In this document: positions 1-13,259 of the stretch, in pieces
How positions within the stretch are numbered: the first letter of the stretch is position 1
Layout: each line of letters begins with the position of its first letter
Source of the DNA: Squalus acanthias
Taxonomy: Eukaryota
Direction of reading: 5' to 3'
Length of the DNA: 64,000 bases
Assembly: GCA_030390025.1 (NCBI GenBank)
Contig: CM059438.1
Coordinates: forward strand, 66,900,001 to 66,964,000
Made by a program: the position numbers and the translations under genes
The notes under the pieces: model-generated
What the model was told of the DNA's origin: nothing
The model's database searches: none
The model's input: the letters and a program-made list of their open reading frames with translations, nothing else

Positions 1-1941
1 GGTCTTAAATGGATGCTTTTGTTGCCTAGACATGTTGGGAGGGGCTCTACAGAATAGGTGAGCATTAGCCCCATGAGTAAGGAGACAGAGAAAAGGGTAG
101 AAGCTTGTGGCTGTGTGGTGCTTCACAAGAATGCCAGGTGACAGTGATGTTCAGTCACTAACCTGGCACCAGCAATATGCCCCTAATCTTGCCATCTCCC
201 AGCAGCTTCTCCATGAGTTCCATGGCCACCTCCTTATAGGGCATGAGGTGACCTGTCTCTCGTGTGCATTGTGCGCCATTTTCTTCTGCAACAAGATTGA
301 GTAAATGAGACGAAGGCTAGCTAGTGTGTGCCATCGGAGAGCCAGTGTAAGAACTGTGGTGCTATCAGTCTGTTAAGGTGTAGGAAAGGAATTTAGGGTT
401 GTGTATGCAAATAACTATTAAATGACATGGTAGTCATAGTGTAAGATCCAGAGTTAGTGCTCCCCCCCTTAACCGGAGTGTATTGTGAAGGGTTAGTTGT
501 GCAGCTATTGCTTTGAGAGGGTGAAGAGTTTGCTGGTGCCCAGTGTGGGCAAGGAAGGAAAGGGAGAATCGTCAATATGTTAACTTGCTTGCTCTGGTCA
601 TGACATTGAACTTTTTTGTGGCACTATTTTGCAGTCCTGGGAGTGAGAGAGTTGGCGGTACAGTATGGTCAGTGACAGTACAGTTCCCTCCACATTGCAT
701 AAGGGACATTTCTGGCACATTTCCTGCCATGGACATTTGAGTTCAGTTTCACTGAGCAGGGATTGCAGGTTAGACAACCTGAAATTGTGGCATCTTCTTC
801 CCTGCCTGTGTGTCAGGCCCTGCTCCCTTGTTTGGCTGCATGTGGGAAGACATTCTTGAACAGCGACACAAAACCATTCATGAGACATGCAGTCACGCCA
901 TCTGACAGTCAGGTGATTGAGCCGAGCACTGTTCCTTCTTCATGTGCTGATGGAAACTTCAGCCAGGACTGTCTTTCTGAAGGCCGCTCTCTAGTTTCCA
1001 GCAGTTGACGCATGTTTTACGACAATCACTTCTCCAATGGATATACAAATGTGCTGACCCAGGAAATTCTTGTGTAAGTATCTCTCTCGGCCTTCGGTAC
1101 GTGCAACACTTGTTCCAAACGTGGAGCAACTCTGTGTGAAAATTCAGGGTGGATTGCAGAAGGGCCAAAAACAGGGATCGATTTTGGGGCAGAAAACCAG
1201 CGTAAACAGCTCCTGTCCCAATTTCCTGTTACAAAAAGTTACTGGCACCAATTTGGCGCTGACATTACATCAAGAATGGCATGGAAGTTCCCTCCCAGTT
1301 CCAATTACAACAGTGACTACATTGGCTGTAAAGCGCTTTGAGACGTCCGGTGGTCGTGAAAGGCGCTATATAAGTCTTCCAAGACTTTCTTTTATTTATT
1401 ATGCTCCCTCCTCTGCAGGATGTGCCGACCCTGTGCTAGGGTGCAGTTATGTGGGCACCGGCGACCCTCTGATATTTTTCCCAAGTGACCATTCTCCATG
1501 CATGAGCCTAGAGTGAGCATCAACATGCTCTTCAACTCATCCAAACCTGACCCCATCATCGCTCAGTATCTACATGCAAGGACTCTCCAGGAAGGGTCCA
1601 TGAATGGTAGTCAGAATCTCTGGAGCATTTCCTGCTTTTTCCCTTCCATAGCCCAGGAGTGCTGAGGACAATTAGCAGCCCAATTACTGCCATTTCTGAG
1701 GTCAGTTAACTCCTTATAGATTCAGAATTAAATCTGGGATCTGCTGGTCTATATAGCACTAGTTCATTGCAATAAATGTTGCTTTATCCAAACACAATTG
1801 CACAAAAACCTATTCATAGAATTACATAGAATTTACAGTACAAGAACAGGCCATTCGGCCCAACTGGCCTATGCCGGTGTTTATGCTCCACAGTAGCCTC
1901 CTCCCACCCTATTTCATCTAACCCTATTCAGATAACTACAT

Positions 1942-2773
1942 CATAGAATCATAGAAAGTTACAGCATGGAAGGAGGCCATTTCGGCCCATCGTGTTCGCG
2001 CCGGCCAACAAAGAGCTATCCAGCCTAATCCCACTTCCCAGCTCTTGGTCCATAGCCCTGCAGGTTAGAGCATCCCAAGTGCAGATCCAAGTACTTTTTA
2101 AATGTGGTTAGGGTTCCTGCCTCTACCACCCTTTCAGGCAGTGAGTTCCAGGCACCCACAACCCTCTGGGTGAAGAAATTTCCCCTCAAATCCTCTCTAA
2201 ACCTTCCCCCAATTACTTTAAATCTGTGCCCCCTGGTTTTTGACCCTTCTGCTAAGGGAAATAGGTCCTTTCTATCCACTTTATCTATGCCCCTCATAAT
2301 TTTATACACCTCAATAAGGTCTCCCCTCAGCCTCCTCTGTTCCAAGGAAAACAGACCCAGCCTATCCAGTCTTTCCTCATAGCTAAGATTCTCTATTCCC
2401 GGCAACATCCTTGTACCCTCTCTAGTGCAATCACATCTTTCCTGTAATGTGATGACCAGAACTGCACGCAGTACTCTAGCTGAGGCCTAACAAGTGTTTT
2501 ATACAGTTGAAGCATAACCCCCCTGCTCTTGTATTCTATGCACCAGCTAATAAAGGCAAGCATTCCGTATGCCTTCTTAACCACCTTATCTACTTGGCCT
2601 GCTACCTTCAGGGACCTGTGGACATGCACTCCAAGGTCCCTTTGTTCGTCTACACTACTCAGTGTCCTACCATTTAATGTGTATTCCCTTTCCTTGTCAC
2701 CCCTCCCCAAATGCATTACCTCACACTTCTCCAGATTGAATTCCAGTTTCCACTGTTCTGCCCACCTGACCAA
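1942..2773 (-). mobile_element. 5'-truncated CR1-type LINE (ORF2 C-terminal part plus 3' tail)
   Basis: ORFs 2393-2773 and 2025-2408 carry CR1 ORF2 C-terminal motifs (LVRPQLEYCVQFWS, RRLRGDLIEVYKI, FFTQRVV..WNSLP) split by a small deletion or frameshift; tail ends in (ATTCTATG)-like repeats. Confidence 0.9.
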
Positions 2774-4982
2774 TTTATTTCACGTTCAAACCTCCAACTG
2801 CTCTGAGAACATGAATTTAGCAAAGCAGCTTGGAAACTCAGATAACAGGGATATATTTACGTTGGATTCCTCTAAAATTAGATGTTATTGACAGCAGGTA
2901 CCATGTCCCTTGGACTATTTGATGAATTTAATCATTTTCCCTGTTCCGTCAAAGAGGAACTTTGTGACTTCACTTTCTGAGGATTCAGCAAACATTTTGC
3001 GGCCAATAATCAGGCAGCTATTTCTAACCTTCCCGCGGTCTCTACAACTATTGAAAACTTCACATTAACATCTTAATTTTGATGAAGTTCTTTCTCAAGG
3101 TCATTTATGCTTTCGTTTTAAACATTCCATCAAAACTGCGCTTACGACGGACACGACAGCCATCTATCATGACGTACCAAAAGAAACGAGCCACGTGTAT
3201 TTTTTTCGAAGGAAAAAATTACTGGATTGTAGCAAATAGAGTTTACTTCCACAAAACACTTTGAACATAGCAAACAGAAGCATGTTACTCAGTGTAGCTC
3301 TTTTTAATTTGGCATTGTGAGTCACACCTTTTGTGCAGCTGATTCAATTAATAGCTTTTAAGTAGCAGGTAATGAAGTTGGAGATTCAGTTTTGAATTGA
3401 TGACCACCAAAAGCTGGCATCCCTCTTCCATGTCTGTACTAGCAATGTTTTTAATTGCAGCAAAATATCTCACGTCTAAATATTTGCACGTTACTTTGGC
3501 AGAAATTAACTGTCAAAATTTATCTGAGCAATTCTCTTCTGGGATTTGCATTGAGAAGCAGGTTCAATGACAGTTAGAATCATAGAATGGTTACAGCACA
3601 GAAGGAGGCCATTCGGGCCGTCAAGCCCGTGCTGGCTCTCTGCAAGAGTACTTCAGCCAGTTCCACTCCCCCGCCCTTTCCCCGTAGCCCTGCAGTCTGT
3701 CTTGTCTTGTGTTTCTCTCCTCAGGGAAAAGTTGACTAACTAATTATCAGAATCGGTGGAACCCGATTGAAAGGTGGTTCTTATATTAAGAACTTGGGAA
3801 TGCATCTGGATAAATGTGCGGCTTTCAGATATCATCGAACTGTGTGACAGATAATATGACAATGGAGAATTCAAATTGTTGGTTGAGCATCTGTTCTCTC
3901 TGAGTTCACCTATGGGCTGTCAGTTACCTAGAATTTACAGCACAGAAACAGGCCATTCGGCTCATTAGGTCTATGCCGGTGTTTATGCTCCACATGATGA
4001 CTTCAATGGAGAGTGAGATCGGGCAGGGTGCAAAACCAGCGTTGCCCCCAGATCCTGTCAGTTTCCTGATGGCGGCTTAGATTAAAATTGCCCCCAATTT
4101 ATCTCAGGTCTGTGCTTAACCCCAGCCAGCCTCAAACAGCTTGCAGTCCTTATATGGGCTCTCAACCTAGGGCCTCCACATTGTAACTGAGGAGGTTATG
4201 TCACATGACATCACAATGAAAACCATGGCAACCCAGAGGGAAGTGAGTTTCACCAGTAGCTGAAGTGCAGATGCTGAAAAGCTCTCGACAAGTAAGGGGC
4301 AAGATTGTTTAAAGCTCACCAAAGTTTTCAGAATGTGTGGAGATCAAAATCGTTTGTTAACGCAACTCAGTTTTGAAACTCATCATGATCTGTGGTGCTC
4401 AGAACCATTTGTTTCCAGAATTCAGATTGTAAATTGATCCAAATCTGTGGAGATCGAAAACCATTTGTTTACAGAATTCAGTTTTTAAATTTATCAAATT
4501 ATAACCGAAGAGATAATTCTTCTTCACAATATCAGGGAAAAGTAATCGAGGAGACAACGAGTGACTTCAGGCTGTGAGTAAACAAAAAAAAAATCCTTAG
4601 TTGAGAATTATCCCAAGAATTGAAATGGTTTAACAGTGAGATTTCCCTTTCAGATTGAACAGGAATAGTCACTGCAAATAAATTAGGACAGGGAAATGGG
4701 ACTGAAGAGCCAGGAATGCCTCCCTGCTGCCTCGTTTCCATGGGAACGCTTGCAGGCCGAGGTCTAGGCCCAGGTCCGCCCATTTGGGGAAGGCCCAGGT
4801 AGTCCTGGAGTGATGTATTGCGACATTGTCCCAGTGTTAATCATCTCCCCTCTTACTTCCTATCATTAGCAGCCAGGGAGAATCAGCTCCTTAATCTCCA
4901 TGCGTCAGAAGGCATTAAAAGCAGAAAATGCTGGAAACAATCAGGAGGTTGGGCAGTATCTGTGGAGAGAAACAAAGTTAGT

Positions 4983-5796
4983 GGGCTGGATTTTCTCAGC
5001 CCCGAGGAGGCGGGCATGGAGGCGGGACTGCCGGTAAAGTAGCAGAAAGTGGGGGCGGATGACAAACCCGCCCCCATCCCGCCTTCGTGACCTTTTGCCA
5101 AGAGGCGGGAAGATGTGCTGCTTCGGGTCCCGTCTCCTGGAGGCGGGAAAGGCATTAAATCCTTTTAACTGCCTGTTAACAGGTAGTTAACAGGCAGAAA
5201 AAAGGATTAGTGCCGTTTTACCTTCACAGGTGAAGGCTTCCCGACCTCGGAGAACCCCGCCGGGTTGGAGGAGACGTGAAGGAGGTCTGCGGCGGTCGGA
5301 GGCACCTGGATGTAAGATGTAGAGGTGAGTGATGGGTGCAAGTGTGGAGTGGTAAGTATGGAAGGTGAGTGATAAGTGTTACAAAATGTTCACTTACCTT
5401 TTTTTCTTCCTACAGCCTTCATCCACCCTGGCTCGGGAGACCCGACATCTTCCTTGTCGATTTCACAGACTGGCTGTTGGATCCTCCGAACCAACAGCCA
5501 TCTGAAATCGACAAAGTTGAAAGGTTTGATGAGTCCTGAACACAAGGACTTATCAAACTACAGAGACTGTCAGTGTTTGACAGCTTCACAAGAAGTCTTG
5601 ACAGATAGCACGTCTGACGTTGACGTGCTCTGTCAGTGACTTCCTCCCTAATGGCCTGCTGAACCTGCAGGGCGGGCTTAACAAGGTCAATCAGGGGAAA
5701 ATCCCTCTGGTTGATCAGACGATGATGGAGGCGGGACATTGACACGGCAAGCAGCAGTCCCACCTCCAACTCGTCTCCATTGAGAAAATCCAGCCC
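4983..5796. mobile_element. Non-autonomous Harbinger-type MITE inserted in a Penelope end
   Basis: Perfect 16-bp TIR GGGCTGGATTTTCTCA; 3-bp flanks AGT/AAT; internally similar to 46000-46831. Confidence 0.8.
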
Positions 5797-5894
5797 AATG
5801 TTTCAGGTCGATGGCCTTTCACCAGAACTGGAAAATGTTATCCCCAAGAATATTATATGCACATTGGAGTTTACTCCAACTAAGATTAGTTGAT

Positions 5895-6260
5895 AGAGGT
5901 CTTTAAGGTTATGAAAGGCTTTGATAGGGTAGACATAGAGAAGATGTTTCCAATTGTGGGTGAGACCAGAATTAGGGGCTATAAATATAAGATAGTCACT
6001 AATAAATCCAATAGGGAGTTCAGGGGAAACCTCTTTACCCAGAGAGTGGTTAGAATGTAGAACTCGGTACCACAGGGAATAGTTGAGGTGAATTTAAGGG
6101 GAAGCTAAATAAGCACATGAGGGAGAAAGGCATGGAAGGATATGTTGGTGGGGTTAGATGAAAAGGCTCGTGTGGAGCATAAACACCTGCATGGATCAAT
6201 TTGGTTGAATGGCCTGTTTCTGTGCCAGAACTACTTTGTAATACTTTGTAATACTTTGTA
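5895..6260 (+). mobile_element. CR1 LINE 3' fragment
   Basis: Decayed CR1 ORF2 end (ctttacccagagagtggttagaatgtagaactc), 3' UTR and (ATACTTTGTA) tail repeats. Confidence 0.75.
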
Positions 6261-6842
6261 AGATCTCAATTCCGACATTCTATCATTGTAGGCAAACACA
6301 CCTGTTCTTTTATGTTTTTATAATCTTATATCAAACTCTTTGTTGATTAGAACTTCTTAAACTAAAGTCTGAAATTGGTATGCACACCAGATAACAATCC
6401 AATTTATATTGCCTTCTGTCTCCAGTTGGGTCATGACTTTCGACATTGAGTTTATCCACAGAATAGATGATACTTTTGAGTATGCAACTCTGAGGGCTTT
6501 CAACATGCTGTGTTGATCAGAATGCTTGAAAATTATAAAAGCCATTATTAATTGGACTAGTCCCAGAATGTTGCAGTTTTCATTGACTCTCATCAATTGT
6601 TAAATGCCCATATTGATGTGTAACATTATTTTCAACCTTTAGTTCAATCTTTAATTTGGTATTTTATATTCTTGTCACATGACCCTGTGAACATAATTGA
6701 GCGTAGTCAGGATTCGTTCTTCTTGTATTGCTCTGACTGTGTATCGCTGGCTAAAGTCAAAATGGAAGAAATTAACACTCTCTGTTCTAAACCTTTAAAC
6801 TTGATCAACCAGAAATGTATTGCTGTTTAGCGAGGTCCGTTA

Positions 6843-7215
6843 AAAGAAAGACTTGCATTTATATAGCGCCTTTCACGACCACCGGACGTCCCAAAGCTCT
6901 TTACAGCCAATGAAGTACCTTTTGATGTGTAGTCACTGTTGTAATGTAGGAAACGCGGCAGCCAATTTGCGCTCCCACAAACAGCAATGTGATAATGACC
7001 AGAACATCTGTTTTAGTGATGTTGATTGAGGGATAATAAATATTGGCCAGGTCACCGGGGCTAACTCCCCTGCTCTTCTTCGAAATAGTGCCATGGGATC
7101 TTTTACGTCCACCTGAGAGCAGACAGGGCCTCAGGTTTAATGTCTCATCCGAAAGACGGCACCTCTGACAGTGCAGCACTCCCTCAGCACTGCACTGGAG
7201 TGTCAGCCTAGCTTT
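6843..7215 (-). mobile_element. Deu-domain SINE with L2-like tail (SacSINE1/AmnSINE-like)
   Basis: Core GCTGCACTGTCAGAGGTGCCGTCTTTCGGATGAGAC and tail ..GAAAGGCGCTATATAAATGCAAGTCTTTCTTT on the minus strand; related copies at ~7590-7872, ~49505-49840 and ~57510-57835. Confidence 0.75.
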
Positions 7216-7589
7216 TTGTTAAGTCTGTATCTTGTTGCCTCAGAGAGCGAAGGGACTTGGCCCTGCATTCCTGCTTCCCTTTCCTTCCCTTCACGTTTTT
7301 GATCATGATGTCAAAGGAATACAAGGCATTTTCTCATAGGGATGGCAACAGGGAAAATTTTCAGGAGTCACTGTTCCCGAGCTGCTCCTTCGGTGCAGGT
7401 CTGCAGTAGATTCCAATGAAGCTATCACACGCTCCATTGGTGCCTGTAGCAAAGAAAAGAAAAAGAAGATTTTGGTGATGAGATGTGCTCTGATGCCCCT
7501 TGTAGCATTCACCTGAGGAGTCCGCTGAATGTAAGGGCACAGCAGTCTATGACTATTTATTTGTGCTATCCAATCTGGAGAACGATAAG

Positions 7590-7872
7590 AAAAGAAAGAC
7601 TTGCATTTCTACAGCACCTTTTACAACCACAGGATGTCCCAAAGCGCTTTACAGCTGGTGAAGTGCTTTTGAAGTGTAGTCACTGTTGTAATGTAGGAAG
7701 GACCACAGCAAGGTCCCACAAACGGCAATGTGACAACATCTGTGTTGGTTGAGGGATAAATATTGGCCAGGACACCCTGCTCTTTTTCAAATAGTGCCAT
7801 AGGAGCTCTTACATCAACCTGAGAGGGCAGACGGAGCTTCGGTTTACCGTCTCATCCGAAAGATGGCACCTG
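7590..7872 (-). mobile_element. Deu-domain SINE, decayed copy
   Basis: Similar to 6843-7215. Confidence 0.7.
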
Positions 7873-9431
7873 ACCTAAGTCAGTGACACATTAGGTGAGT
7901 ACGGTGGTCGTCTTCATGGCCACAGAGAGCACGGCGTGGGCTGAGGGGCATGGCTGCAGATCATCATGTAGTGGGTAACAGAGCTGCCCCATTGCCATTC
8001 TGATGCAGTACACTCTGACACACATCTCCTCAGTGTGCATTAGACCATGGTTTAACTGACCTGGGAGTGCTCGATGCTGCCATTTGTGATCAAAAGTAGG
8101 GAAAGTGCTCCATTATCCAGCGCTATAACCTTTCTCCTCTCAGTAATTGCAAAAATTCACTGAAGAAAATAGCATCTTGTTGTCCAGCCCCTGCCTGAGC
8201 AATCTTATTAAAAGAAAGTCATTTTATGAACCTACTCTCTCTTCATAATGCTGACAGGCTAAACATTTTGGAATCAGTACTTCAAGTGCATTGCTATCCC
8301 ATCATGTAGTTGGCACAGCACTGTGCGACTAATACATTAATTTAAAGAACACTTGAAATAGTGTTGGACAAAATCAAAGGGAAGCATGTCAATAACTTTT
8401 CCAATCAAAACAGCTTTAGGCACATTTATAGCGCAGCGCTATTTTGAAGGCATTGCTTTTCCAAATGGTTAATGATTGCATATGATTATGAATGACATTT
8501 CCTTTCACGTTAAAAGTAGAAACGTAAAATGATTTATTTTGTCCACATATTATATTTCAGAAAGAAGATGTAGAAAGGTAGTGTGACACATTCTCTATTT
8601 CCTTTGCACACATCTGGGCTTGAGTTTTCTTTTTTGGAGCCGTGTAATTTCCCACAAGACTCAGTGTTGGCATTCTTCGTCCAACACGCTGTTAGGATAT
8701 ATTGAAACCATGAAGCGACAAGACACAGATTTCATCTCCCTCGCAACTAAATTAATGATCTTATCCGCACTACCGTGGGAAGGTGCTGAATGAAGGCGCT
8801 TCTTCACAAGAAGGGAGGAAAGTCGAAGGGTTTGTGTCATTCTTGCAGGAGTGTGCCCTAATTTGCTCACAGCTCCATTCCTTTCTGTCGGTTTGCAAAC
8901 GCTTCATCAAACTCTGCTCATCAGCTGTATTATAGTTTGTTTTCCAGGCGCTGTTAATTAATTTTGTTTGAGACTTTTCAGGATGTCTCCCACAGATCCT
9001 TCAAGCATTGCCTTACAACTACTGCTGCATTATATATTTGAAGCGGGTTATAGTGATCGATTGGGCCAGTAGTACAATCATTACTTTAACCAGCTGATTA
9101 CAGCCAATTGCCCCCCGCCCCGTGTAAGGGTGCTCAGCACCGAGTGTCACTTTAAACAGCTGGTCAATCAGCTACTGACCTTCTCCTCTTAAAATCAGGC
9201 TTGATTTAAACCCAAACCGACACTCTTGAGTGCAATGGTGTTCAGTTATTATTGGACAGGCGAGTGATGCTGGCCCACAGTTTAAACAGCTGATCGGTAA
9301 GCTATAAAACAGTATCGTCCTCCATTTAAGAATGCTTGGTTACTATACAGGATGAGGCCGTTTTATAGTTTACCTATCAGTGCTGAGCTCCAAGTGCCCA
9401 TTTGGGACTTAACCAAGGTAAATCTAGACGA

Positions 9432-9590
9432 ATACAAAAGCAAAATACTGCGGATGCTGGAAATCTGAAATAACAACCGAAAACGTTTCCAGTTCTGACA
9501 AAGGGTCGTCGACCTGAAACGTTAACTCTTGTTTCTCTCTCCACAGATGCTGCCTGACCTGCTGAGTATCTCCAGCATTTTCTGTTGTTA
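9432..9590. mobile_element. Penelope-like element end fragments with degenerate hammerhead core
   Basis: GTT CTGACAA AGGGTC GTC GACCT GAAA CGTT AAC followed by ctctctccacagatgctgcctgacctgctgag; a short inverted copy of the tail lies upstream. Confidence 0.7.
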
Positions 9591-9616
9591 ACTCTAGAAT
9601 AATCCTTAAACATTTG

Positions 9617-10378
9617 GGGCCAGAAATTCGGGTCTCCATGGATGAGTACGCGCTGTGTACTCACCCGTAGACCCAACGAAAGTGCCGGTTTCGTGCATGC
9701 ACTGCGCATGCGCTGGAAACCGGAACTTCTGTTCCCCTGAAGGAAGGGGTTCAGAGGTCGAACGCGTGCGCCGGAGAGGCAGCGCGCACGCAGCGCACTT
9801 CGTTTTTTTTTTAAGGTTTCTCCGTGAGGGTAAGTATGGAGCAGCTGCGCAGGAAAAAAGGAGGCACAAGGCCTGCTTTTAACAAGGTAAGTGGTGAATT
9901 AAGTACAATTTAAACATTTTTTCAACAGGTTTATCTTTTTTAGATACTTTAAAGAAAGGTAAGTTTATTTTTAGCACCGTTAAAAAGTGTAATTAATTTT
10001 TTCAAAAATTTAAATTTTTGTTTAAAGTCGTTAATTTACGTAATTTATCGTTATTTTAAAAATGTGATTTTTTTTTATTTATTTGAAGTTTTAATGAGGT
10101 TTTGGGGCCGATCTCTATTCATAGATTTGACAGGTCTTCCTGTCAAAATCTATGAATGGAGATTCCCTGCTCCGATTGGCTCTCCATGGCCCACGTGATC
10201 CCAGGGGACGCTTCGAACTAACTGCGCCCCTGGGATATGCAAGCACTGCGCGCCGGCAGCTGCAGGAGGCTCAGGAGCCGAATTCCACGCGGGCCCAAAG
10301 CACAACGGCAGGCGCGATAGGTAAGTACGCGCGCGATCCTTGCACCCGCGGGAAGCCGGAGAGCCGAATTTCTGGCCC
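9617..10378. mobile_element. Harbinger-type MITE
   Basis: 15-bp TIR GGGCCAGAAATTCGG with perfect TTG TSD; internally related to 56758-57502 and 61011-61774. Confidence 0.85.
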
Positions 10379-10475
10379 TTGGATCTTCAGAGGAGAGGCT
10401 GAGAGGGTAGGTTCAGCCGCTGATGAAACAATTGTTCAAAATGCAGCTCAGCAGCAGTACAAATGAGACAAATGA

Positions 10476-10608
10476 GTTCTGACGAAAGGTCATCGACCTG
10501 AAACGCTAACTCTGTTTCTCTCTCCACAGATGCTGCCTGACCTGCTGAGTATTTCCAGCATTTTCTGCTTTTCTTTCAGATTTCCAGCATCCGCAGTATT
10601 TGGCTTTT
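10476..10608 (+). mobile_element. Penelope-like end with hammerhead core
   Basis: GTT CTGACGA AAGGTC ATC GACCT GAAA CGCT AAC followed by the same tail as 9432-9590. Confidence 0.7.
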
Positions 10609-10718
10609 GTACAAATGAGAAATCGGGTTTGTATTGAAATTAACTTTTTAGCATCACTACAAGTGTTTTGGAAAGCTCTTTTGGCATTTAAAAAAATTAC
10701 ATCCACTTGATTGCAACA

Positions 10719-11159
10719 TGATGTGGAGATGCCGGTGTTGGACTGGGGTGGACAAATGTGAGAAGTCGCACAACACCAGGTTATAGTCCAACAGCTTTAT
10801 TTGAAATCACAAGCTTTCGGAGCGCTGCTCCTTCGTCAGGTGAAGTGAAGAGATGCATATAGGCATCCATACAGTTTTCCATACAGACCCCAGCATCTGC
10901 CACATTGTCTTTGATGTAATGTTTTCCTGTTTGGGCACCATCCACACCTTTGATTGCCGTGATTATCTCTCTGCCGAGGTGTGATAAAGGGCAGTTGGAA
11001 AGATTAACTGTAATCATCTGGCAGTGTTTTCTGACTATATATGCTGTGCCTATATGCATCTCTTCACTTCACCTGACGAAGGAGCAGCGCTCCAAAAGCT
11101 TGTGATTTCAAATAAAGCTGTTGGACTATAACCTAGTGTTGTGCGACTTCTCACATTTG
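10719..11159. mobile_element. Penelope-like element remnant with inverted pseudo-LTR arms
   Basis: ~110-bp inverted arms (~10752-10865 and ~11046-11159); TTGATTGCAACA is repeated at 10707-10718 and 11157-11168; each arm has a CTGACGA..GAAA-type hammerhead core. Confidence 0.8.
10808..10843 (-). ncRNA. Minimal type I hammerhead ribozyme core (Penelope-associated)
   Basis: Minus strand CAC CTGACGA A GGAGC AGC GCTCC GAAA GC T T GTG: conserved CUGANGA and GAAA boxes, stem II GGAGC/GCTCC, stem I CAC/GTG, palindromic AGCT stem III. Confidence 0.65.
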
Positions 11160-11437
11160 ATTGCAACAAGCAGCTCCTGTTGCAATCTGAACACTGACAG
11201 CTACTAGTTTGAAGATGTTCCACACAGGCACACATGAAGGGGAATTTCTGCACAGGGACTGAGCATGTTCCTTCAGTTGCCCATCAACCCAGGGCATAAC
11301 AGCACCAGTCCCGGTTGTGTGACAACTTGGCAGCACTGGGCAGGTGTGTGTACGAGGATGTTACACAACGGGCAAGGCAAGTGATTCGATGTCATGTGAT
11401 ATCTCATAAATATCCTGTGATGTTAAAAAAAAATTGC

Positions 11438-12150
11438 AACAACTACAACTTGTATGTACATAGCGCCATTAATGTAGGAAAACATCCCAAGACGCTGCAC
11501 AGACATGTAATCAGACAAAAATTGACACTGAGCCAAAGAAAGAAATATTAGGACAGGTGACTAAAAACTTGGTTAAAGAGGTACCTGTTAATGAGCATCT
11601 TAAAGGAGGAGAAAGAGGTGGAGAGCCAGAGATGTTTAGGGAGCAAATTCCTGACCTTAGGGCCTGGACAGCTGAAGGTAAGGTTGCCAATGGTGGGGTG
11701 AGGAAAGTGGGCGATGCAGAAGAGGCCAGAGTTGTAGGAACGCAGAGTTCTCGGAGGGTTGTGGAGCTGGTGGAGGTCACAGAGATAGGGAGGAGTAAGA
11801 CCATGGAGGGATTTGAACACGTGGGTGAAAATTAAAAAATTGAGGTGTTGGTGGACTTTGTATGTCAGCAAGCACTGGGGTGGTGGGTGAACGGGTCTTG
11901 GCACGGGTTCAGATACAGGCAGCAGAGTTTGGGATAAGCTCAAGCTTATGGAGGATGGAAGATGGGAAACCAGCCAGGAGAAAATTGAAGTCGTCGCGTC
12001 TGGAGGTAACAATGGCGTGGATGAGGATTTTAGCAGCAGATAAACGATGGCAGGGGAGGAGACGGGCGGTGGAGAGGGTATAGGGCTGGTAGCTCAGCTA
12101 AGGGTCAAATAGGATGCCGAGACAGCAAACAGTCCAGTACAGCCTCAGGC
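11438..12150 (-). mobile_element. L2 LINE 3' fragment
   Basis: ORF 11548-12012 has L2 C-terminal motifs (FKSLHGLTPPYL, LRS, FK.LINRYLF); L2-like 3' tail. Confidence 0.8.
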
Positions 12151-13259
12151 ATTGGCCAGGAAGGGGAATGGAATCGGGATGGAATTTACCACATCTTGCA
12201 CAATTTGAAATTTGCAGTTTTGTATCCCAAGTCCCAGAGATAGTAAGAACATTGGTTTCTGAGCAGCTCTGGCCAACAACTCACTTGCCCGAATTACATT
12301 TACCGGTTTAGATTGATGCAGATTCAGCAGCCCTGAATTATTCAACTGGTTTGAGGTAACTGTCTGGCTTGGGTAATGCAGAGCTTTGCTTTTTGGTTTA
12401 AGTACTTTCTCCACACACCAGGCGTTTAAATGTTAATGGTTCCAAAAAGCGAGGCCAGACAGAGAGCTCTCTGCTAACATTAAAAAAAGATTCAGAATGG
12501 AGTTTAAACAAAGTTCCCAGGTGCTTGAGTGGAAGGCCGGGGAAGCTGTTAGATTTGGCTTCACAGCAGACTGCCCTTATATTGCACTCAGCATGAAGCT
12601 CAAGCCGAGCGAGACTTCCTCCGGGAGGTCGCCTCACACCTCCTGCCTAAATCGATTCAGGTGGTTGCTTGCCTGGATTTCACTGCAGAGTTAGTGACGA
12701 TGCAAAGCTAGAAAGTGCTTCACATCAACACAAACCGTGAAGTCTAAGTGGGCAATAGCTGATTTTCCTCAGTTCTTCTTAGGTAGCAAAATGATTGTAC
12801 AGACACTCATTTCTTTCGAGAGGCTCGGTTTCTGGGCGCATTCCTATTACAGCTGCAGCATCCGTGCGAAGCAGCTTGTCTTTCCATGGATGCTGCAGCT
12901 ACAGTCTAAACACAGCCTCGAATCCAGCGTCAGCCCCTGACCTGAGATCACAGTCATGCTGAATGAGAGCAGGTAGTCTCGCTCCATTTTGTTTCGGAGT
13001 CAGTTTCGGCCTTGACACCGGATTTGCACTGTAAGCGCAAAGCACTGACACTGAACTTGTGGCGTGTGAATGCACCTCTATTATGAACAAGAGAAAGAAC
13101 GGTTTGAGATACTTAAGGTGCTGTATGTGCACTCGATAGGCTTCACTGAACCACTGAAACATTTATGAATTAAAATCTACAGCAGCGGTGTAGAGGCATG
13201 GTACAAATACATGCTGAAGAGAAATCATCCTTAATTTGCCTATTAAAAAACTACAAACA

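Noticed and set aside
100..1180. Possible old LINE or Penelope coding remnants
   Set aside because: Too decayed to assign a family or boundaries by eye.
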